Assembly: GCA_047495785.1 (NCBI GenBank)
Contig: JBLDXI010000013.1
Span: 1,860,001-1,924,000 of the forward strand
Origin: Lepidodermella squamata
Taxonomy: Eukaryota; Animalia; Gastrotricha
Length of the DNA stretch: 64,000 nucleotides
Reading direction: 5' to 3'
In this document: positions 63,042-64,000 of the stretch, piece by piece
How positions within the stretch are numbered: the stretch's first letter is position 1
How the letters are laid out: every line of letters starts with the position of its first letter
Program-made: the position numbers and the translations under genes
Notes under the pieces: model-generated
Database searches by the model: none
Told to the model about the DNA's origin: nothing
What the model saw: the letters and a program-made list of their open reading frames with translations, nothing else

Positions 63042-64000
63042 TATAGCATCTAAAAACTATTCATCGCTCTATTAATTTGCGATTAGGTTCCGTAGAACCG
63101 AAGTGCTAGATGATTTTTACGATACGAACCGAAGTTCGTATCGATGTAACCGGCGTTCGACTGGGGAAACTTAAATTGCTCAAGCCCTTGATGTCTAGCT
63201 CTTTTTTTTAATTTTTTATCTGGTTTTCGAAGATTTTCGGTTTCAATAAAAATCATCGAGTATGAATCTTGCATTCCCGATTGTTTCGCGAAGCAGCTTA
63301 CTGATGCGCTATCTGGTCGAATCTTTGAAATTTGATAACAAACTGATAACTTATAATTCCATTTCGTATCAAATGAGCGCTCAAAATTACCCGCTAATTT
63401 TTTTCACTTAATTCAGTGTATCCATGTTTTCGATCGCCAAAAATCAGGTAAAAATCTTAAAATCACCAAAATCGAGAGATGAATAAGGAATCGCATTACA
63501 CACGTTAGAAGTGAAAATCATTGATTTATGAGTTGAAATAACTGATTTTTAATGTTCGAAAAGCTTAGTTTTGTCTATAGATGGTTTTGTCCAAAATGAC
63601 CTACTGTTTCCTACCGTAGTTGCTTTGCACCTGTTGGCGTGTTAACCCCGCGCGAATTACGAACATTCTCTCTCTCTAGGCTTACCAATCAATCAGATGC
63701 CCCGTTTGTTTTTCATCAGATCAACAAATTGCATTTAACCCTGATTTTGTCCTATATGCTACAACAGGTTAGATTTTTCCAAACCTCTGAGATTTTTCCT
63801 GAAGAAACATAACTAAAATAAATGGGCCACGTCACTGTAAGAAGCTTGCCACGGTTTCTTTGGCAAATCATCCCTATGTACATTAGCAATGTCATTATTA
63901 TCCACTTGATCGACATGGTACTTGTCAATTAGCATCGGAGATGATTAGGTCATCTTAATGACTAGCTGCTGATTCTTAGTGGCTGGATATCAATTCATCA

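Noticed and set aside
1-64000. Prokaryotic systems (CRISPR, defence islands), selenoprotein TGA readthrough or a variant genetic code
   Set aside because: The sequence is intron-containing animal DNA, and the gene models I checked close under the standard code once introns are removed.

Overview
Gene-dense nuclear DNA from a compact-genome animal with motile cilia. Most introns are about 45-60 nt and GT-AG, with degenerate donors. I cannot name the species. I hand-built spliced models for about 22 protein-coding genes. Conserved genes: OLA1, NABP/SOSS-B, GABPA-like, two tandem SLC15/PEPT transporters, ODAD3/CCDC151, MRPL51, PNUTS, YEATS4, VPS41, an Sp-family factor, a GABA-B-like class C GPCR and a Rab6-like GTPase. 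There is also a tRNA-Arg(CCU) inside a VPS41 intron, plus several secreted or surface genes I cannot assign to a family. The two best candidates for an undescribed system are: (1) 36268-37673, a single signal/pro-peptide that can splice in the same phase to either of two homologous terminal cassettes, each giving a furin-released, Gln-initiated, two-cysteine helical peptide with a C-terminal amidation signal; and (2) 2092-11532, a four-copy tandem family of predicted GPI-anchored, Cys-rich surface proteins with an invariant GHWLYHGC motif. Other notable signals: an operon-like YEATS4-VPS41 junction, a candidate poison exon in NABP, a Rab6 paralog with Gln>His in switch II, an Sp factor with a remodelled third zinc finger, and a novel prohormone-like precursor at 62482-63041. 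All models are read by eye; no database or expression evidence was available.
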